The position numbers were made by a program, and so were the translations under genes. From contig NC_068981.1 in the NCBI RefSeq assembly GCF_001194135.2, forward strand, positions 1,890,016 through 1,929,489: 39,474 nucleotides of DNA, given 5' to 3'. The notes beneath the pieces are model-generated. The model made no database searches. It was not told where the DNA came from and saw only the letters and a program-made list of their open reading frames with translations. This DNA comes from Octopus bimaculoides (taxonomy: Eukaryota). Numbering within the stretch: position 1 is the stretch's first letter; every line of letters starts with the position of its first letter. This document shows positions 33,456-39,474 of this stretch, in pieces.

Positions 33456-34418
33456 GATTTGTGTTTTATGTATGTATTCTCATGCATATAGTTGCATATC
33501 TAGACATGCTCATAAATATTTCAATAAACTTCCGGAAAGTTTTACAGATTTTTTCGGTTCCAGTGATGGATTGGATCTGTAGTTTTCGAATTAGCTTTCT
33601 CCTAAGTTTACATATATTATATATTGATAATGTGTGGACTGGATTCTCCCGTTAATAAACTGCTGGTGTTAAATAAATTTTAAACACTTATGATATGCAA
33701 ATTAGTAGCTCCGCTACTAATTTGTATATCGTAAACACCTGCTTCCGTGATACACCTGATTGCACAATCCAGCCACAAGATTTTCGAAACTGCAGTAAGG
33801 ATATATTAAGGACTCTAGTTTTTCTTCACCAATTATCTTTATTTAAAAGAGTATCAAATTGCTTGTCTATCTTTTGTCTCTTTACACGTGCACATACACA
33901 TACACATAAACACACACAATAAAATACATATAAACACACATACATAAATACGTTCGAATATACTTGGGCATTAGAAAACCTTTCGCTGTGGAGCTAGTCT
34001 TGAGAGAGAATTCTCCTCTTAAATATCCGTGAAGGCACAAAACAGGCTGTGAATGACGTCACTTGACCGTTGGACGCATGCGTTTCTATCGTTTCACTTC
34101 GTGGGCGTTGAAAATCAAATTTATCACTCACTGACCAGCAAGAGTGAAATTTTTCCTATTAAACAGCATACAGAACTTATGTCGGTGTGTGTAAAGCTTG
34201 ATCAAGCTAAAATTAAATAATGTCGCACCAAATAGTGTAGGATAAAGTATATTCGTGTACAATCGTATGTTTTAACACACACACACACACACATACACCA
34301 ATCGTTCTAATTTTTCTTACATTCTAGGTTTTTTTCTGTCGTCCTTTGATTGGCTTCTTACTCTCACTATCTTTTTCTTTAATTCACTCAATCTCACACT
34401 TTCTCATTCCCCCTTCCT

Positions 34419-34460
<42 letters not shown>

Positions 34461-34972
34461 ATATGGTGGTGGAAGACCACCCACTCACAACGGCCGATAC
34501 TTCCATAAAAATGGAGGTAGGTTGAGTTAGAAGTTAACATCTTCATGTCATTTCGTTTACCGTCCCAAAGGTGGGAGGCATGGACGGAACAATGCATTGT
34601 ACGGTAGAGAATGGTTAAACCCAAACAATCAAACCTAACCACCTTTGTAACCTGTCATTCATTCATCCACTTCAATGTCCAGCGTAGAATAAACCACACT
34701 CACAAACACACACATACACATACATACACACCCAGCAATCGCACGCAGACACAAATACACATGCACTCACACATACACACACATGCATACACATAAATAC
34801 ACACACGCACGCACACACACACACACACACTTGTTTTTGTAACTTACCTGAACTTTAATAATATCGTGATTTACCTTTCAGTTATTTGTTTGTTTTGTTT
34901 TGTTTTGTCTTTTTGCGTGTGATGGAAAGAGGTAAAATTTCTGGCTAAAATTGAAGGAGAGGATAGAATAAG

Positions 34973-35346
<374 letters not shown>

Positions 35347-35679
35347 AGATGGGAAGGAGAAGAAAGAGAGGAAGGAAGGCGGGTAAAGATGTCTTCTTGT
35401 CATTTCAGTTACCCTTCTTTTTTTTTGTTTTGTTGTATTTGTCTTTGGCTGTTCTGCCATTAATCATTCTTAGTTGCCATTCTTCGTCGCCGTGTGTCAA
35501 CGGGTGTCAGTTATTTCGAACGATGTGCTTTTTGTCTAGACAACGAACGGTCAGAGGAGAACAAGCTGTGGACTTTCTGCTGCGCTCAATTTTATATATC
35601 TTTTTTTTTCTTTTGTTTTTGCTTTTCTTTTTGTTTAGTTTTAATAGTTTAAGGTTTTACTTCTATACGTTTAAAGGAC

Positions 35680-35750
35680 AACAACAATAATAATAATAAC
35701 AACAACAACAAAATAATATAACAGCAACAACACCACCACCAACAACGATA

Positions 35751-35812
<62 letters not shown>

Positions 35813-35832
35813 TATAATAATAATAATGATAA
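35680..35832. repeat. (AAC)n/(AAT)n trinucleotide repeat
   Basis: Direct inspection. Confidence 0.95.
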
Positions 35833-38157
35833 ACCTGCAACTAAAATAAAACAACTATAGTAACTTAAATCTGCTACTTGCCAGCAGGACAATAGGGGGC
35901 TGACAAGATGCTTTTTTCAACTTCCTCCTTTCTTAGAATTTTTTCTTCGTTTCCCCTTTCTTTAGTTCTTTGTTTTTTGGGTCTTCTTTCTACTTTTTTT
36001 TCTTCACTTTTAGCCCTAATTTTCTTCCGTCTAAGTTTGTAACGAGAAAGTAGAACATATGAGTAACTAACTTTGTAACGAGGGAAAAAAATACAAAACA
36101 AAAGAAAAAAGAACGAAAGTAAATGATATTTCATCAAATAAGAAAAATAAAGAGAAAATTAAAAAAAGAAAAAAACACGGGACGAAAAATGGAAACCAGA
36201 GAAAAATGAGTTGTTACGTGTTGTCTGTAGGAGGAGAATGTGTTTCTATTAGGAAATTGTAAAATAGGTGAAAGAAAGCAGGAATTTAGGAGGGAGATAT
36301 ATGGCTGTTTTGTCTCGGAAATATCTCTAATCAACTTGCCACATTCCCCTGATCAATGGTTAACTCTCTTACATATTTGCATACATCCATCTGCATGTAC
36401 AGGGGTATCGAATGTTACATATATACTTACAAAGAACATGAGCTCTATAAAACTGAAAAAAAAAGATAATGAGAAGATTACATGTCATCTTATTCGAAAG
36501 AGATAGAAACAAATTATAAGTATAATAGTATTCAGCTGGACCTACCTGTGTGTTCTTGCGTTAAAAATAACAACACATAAAATACATGGACGGATAAATA
36601 TGTAAATAAATAGATACACAAATTCTAAGGGAGACAATCGCTCAACTGCATCCCAATTTCGTATATATGTACATGTATAATCACTAAAAATAATACATTT
36701 CTAAATCTCTCAGAGAGATTTATGCAGTAGCAGCACGATAAAGTGATAGTATGTTGTAAACTTAATGTGACAGTCCCCTGATAGGGAAGAATGCTACTGT
36801 TATTTAGCCCCCTTGTCTCCACTTTAAAAACATAAAGGCGCAGGAAATGTGTCAAGTCCAACATACTTTCACTAATTGCTTTAGCGCTTATGTTGTCGTG
36901 AGCTTACACAGGCAATCTTCGGTGGATTGGCATTAATGATCTGTAAATGAAAGAAAATGTCCATGTATCTCATTACTTACCATGCATTATATGAGTCACT
37001 AACGAAGTTGTGAAGCGACGACAGACAACAATGCTGGCCTGGTAGATCGAGAATACATGAAACTTTATGTTAGTAGCGTAAGGCATTAATCGAAATATTT
37101 GCATGTGCGTTTGTGTCGCATATGTGTGTATGTGTATGTGTACGAGGGATTGCATGAGTATATACACATATATACACATGCACATATTCTATAAATGTAT
37201 ATGCATATACATATCTAGATATATATTTCGCACCTGTATACATATATACACGTGCATTCACACATACGTGTATGGGTATATGGATATAGATATATATATA
37301 TATATATACATATATTAGGGACAAAATCCAAAATTACAGGTAAAAACTCAATTAAAATCAATTTATAAAAATTAAAATTAAATTGAGCTTTATAGATAAA
37401 ATATATATAAAATATATAGTTTTAGGGAAAATAACCAAGTTTCAAGAACTCATCGATGAAAATCCACTATCACATATAGAAAAATTAACAAAGTGGATTT
37501 TCANNNNNNNNNNNNNNNNNNNNNNNNNNNNNNNNNNNNNNNNNNNNNNNNNNNNNNNNNNNNNNNNNNNNNNNNNNNNNNNNNNNNNNNNNNNNNNNNN
37601 NNNNNNNNNNNNNNNNNNNNNNNNNNNNNNNNNNNNNNNNNNNNNNNNNNNNNNNNNNNNNNNNNNNNNNNNNNNNNNNNNNNNNNNNNNNNNNNNNNNN
37701 NNNNNNNNNNNNNNNNNNNNNNNNNNNNNNNNNNNNNNNNNNNNNNNNNNNNNNNNNNNNNNNNNNNNNNNNNNNNNNNNNNNNNNNNNNNNNNNNNNNN
37801 NNNNNNNNNNNNNNNNNNNNNNNNNNNNNNNNNNNNNNNNNNNNNNNNNNNNNNNNNNNNNNNNNNNNNNNNNNNNNNNNNNNNNNNNNNNNNNNNNNNN
37901 NNNNNNNNNNNNNNNNNNNNNNNNNNNNNNNNNNNNNNNNNNNNNNNNNNNNNNNNNNNNNNNNNNNNNNNNNNNNNNNNNNNNNNNNNNNNNNNNNNNN
38001 NNNNNNNNAATTATAATCAGGGGTCAGCTAATTGCTTCGCCACGCACCGAATTTAGAAATAAGTGTTAAAATGCCTTTTCTACTACCATAAAGATCTCCC
38101 GGTTATAGAATATTTGTATAATTTTACTTAAAAAGGATATTTTAACGTACCGAACTA

Positions 38158-39443
38158 TCGGGTTGTCCGGAAAGTTCGAGGCGATTTATAGCAGCTTACC
38201 TTTCGACTTATTTTAGAACATGGTTGACTCCATAAAATAGGATTTGACTACACCTCCATTTACAGCACAGTTTAAGCTATCTTTTCGTGGAAGAAGGTTT
38301 ATGTTCCTATAACCTGTGTTAATTCTGTAATCTTTTAAAATGGAAGCGAAGAAAGTTCATTTTCGGCACTTGATGCTTTTCTTTTCCCGTAAAGGGAAAA
38401 ATGCCTCACAAGCAACGAAAGAAATATGCGCAGTTTACGGTGATGTTTCTTTATCCGAAAGAACTGTACGGAAGTGGTTTGCAAGGTTCTGAGCTGGAGA
38501 TTGTAGCCTTATTGATAAAGAACGATCAGGCAGACCATCCACTACAGATGATTCCCAAATCAAGTCATTAATTGAGAATAACCCACATTGCACAACCCGA
38601 GAAATGGCAGAAAGCTTCAACCTGTCAAATTCCGTCGCTCATAAGCACCTGGTAAAACTTGGGTACACAAATGGCTACGATGTTTGGGTACCACATGAGC
38701 TGAGTGAGAAGAACCTTTTGGATCGCATTTCCATCTGTGATTCGCTTTATAAACGGAATGAAAACGCACCTTTTTTAAAGCAAATTGTGACAGGTGATGA
38801 GAAATGGATTATCTACTGAAATGTTCAGAGAAAGCGATCCTGGAGTAAGCGACATGAGCCACTCTTAGCCACTCCAAAAGCGGATCTTCACCCTAAAAAG
38901 TCTTGCTTTGTGTCTGGTGGGATTGGAAAGGAAATCTGTACTATGAGCTTCTCCTAAGTAACCAGACAATTAATTCTGAGAAATACTGCACACAACTGGA
39001 TGAATTAAAAGCAGCAATTCAAGAGAAACGTCCAGAATTGGCCAACAGGAAGGGTGTTGTTTTCCAGCATGGTAATGCAAAACCGCACGCTTCTTTGGGA
39101 TCCAGACAAAAATTGCTGCAGCTCGGCTGGGATGTGTTACCCCACCCTCCATATTCACCAGATATTGCTCCTTCGTATTTCCACTTATTCAGGTCTCTGC
39201 AGAATAGTCTTTCTTAATGGTAAAAATTTCAATTCCTTGGATGACGTAAAAAGATACCTTGATGAATTCTTTGCCATGAAACCACCTCAATTCTGGGAAG
39301 AGAGTATTTTCAAGTAAAAGGAAAGATGGAGACGCATTGCGCAACAAAATGGTTCATATTTGGTTGATTAAAAATGTAATGGCAAGTATCTATTGACCTT
39401 TTCTTTCCCTTAAAAATCGGCACGAACTTTCCGGACAACCCAA
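38158..39443 (+). mobile_element. Full-length mariner (DD34D) transposon, mellifera-subfamily-like, 1286 bp, inactive
   Basis: 30-bp TIRs tcgggttgtccggaaagttcgaggcgattt and (reverse complement) ttgggttgtccggaaagttcgtgccgattt, 27/30 match. TA duplication at 38156-38157 and 39444-39445. Encloses a complete transposase pseudogene. Confidence 0.95.
38340..39371 (+). pseudogene. Mariner transposase pseudogene (342 aa when repaired)
   Basis: MEAKKVHFRHLMLFFSRKGKNASQA...WVPHEL...VTGDEKW...HGNAKPH...HPPYSPDIAPSYFHLF...NGSYLVD*. Premature stops at 38490, 38817 and near 39315; a 1-bp deletion near 38901; a 4-bp tctt duplication near 39212. The second and third catalytic Asp are replaced by Gly and Tyr. 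Confidence 0.93.
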
Positions 39444-39474
39444 TACTTGGTATAATTATTAATTATTAATTAAT

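Noticed and set aside
35471-35510. EGF-like look of CHSSSPCVNGC
   Set aside because: The remaining cysteine spacing of an EGF domain is absent and the frame is embedded in low-complexity translation.

Overview
AT-rich, microsatellite-dense eukaryotic DNA from a gappy draft assembly (about 17 N-runs, most flanked by simple repeats). The repeat families look like those of coleoid cephalopods, most likely Octopus; this is inferred from recognising the SINE families, not from a database search. No host protein-coding gene, rRNA, true tRNA gene or CRISPR array can be supported, and most ORF-track entries are artefacts of microsatellites and N-runs. The window contains many mobile elements. Family A is a CORE-like tRNA-derived SINE (5 loci), family B is a second tRNA-derived SINE with two tail variants (B1, B2), and a third SINE type is present as a head only. 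There are 3' fragments of three LINE clades (CR1-like, L1/Tx1-like, RTE-like). Four Tc1/mariner lineages occur: a full-length dead mellifera-type mariner at 38158-39443, a palindromic mariner derivative, an internally deleted DD41D/rosa-like element and a DD37D/maT-like fragment. hAT-type MITEs are also present. The best observations are: (1) the CR1-like LINE and family A SINE share a 3' tail, suggesting an autonomous/non-autonomous partnership; (2) a B2+B1 SINE dimer occurs twice with the same junction, each time inside a single target-site duplication; (3) a mariner derivative is built from two 5' ends in inverted orientation; (4) a pair of inverted octamer motifs lies in unique sequence. 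I do not see evidence for a new non-transposon biological system.
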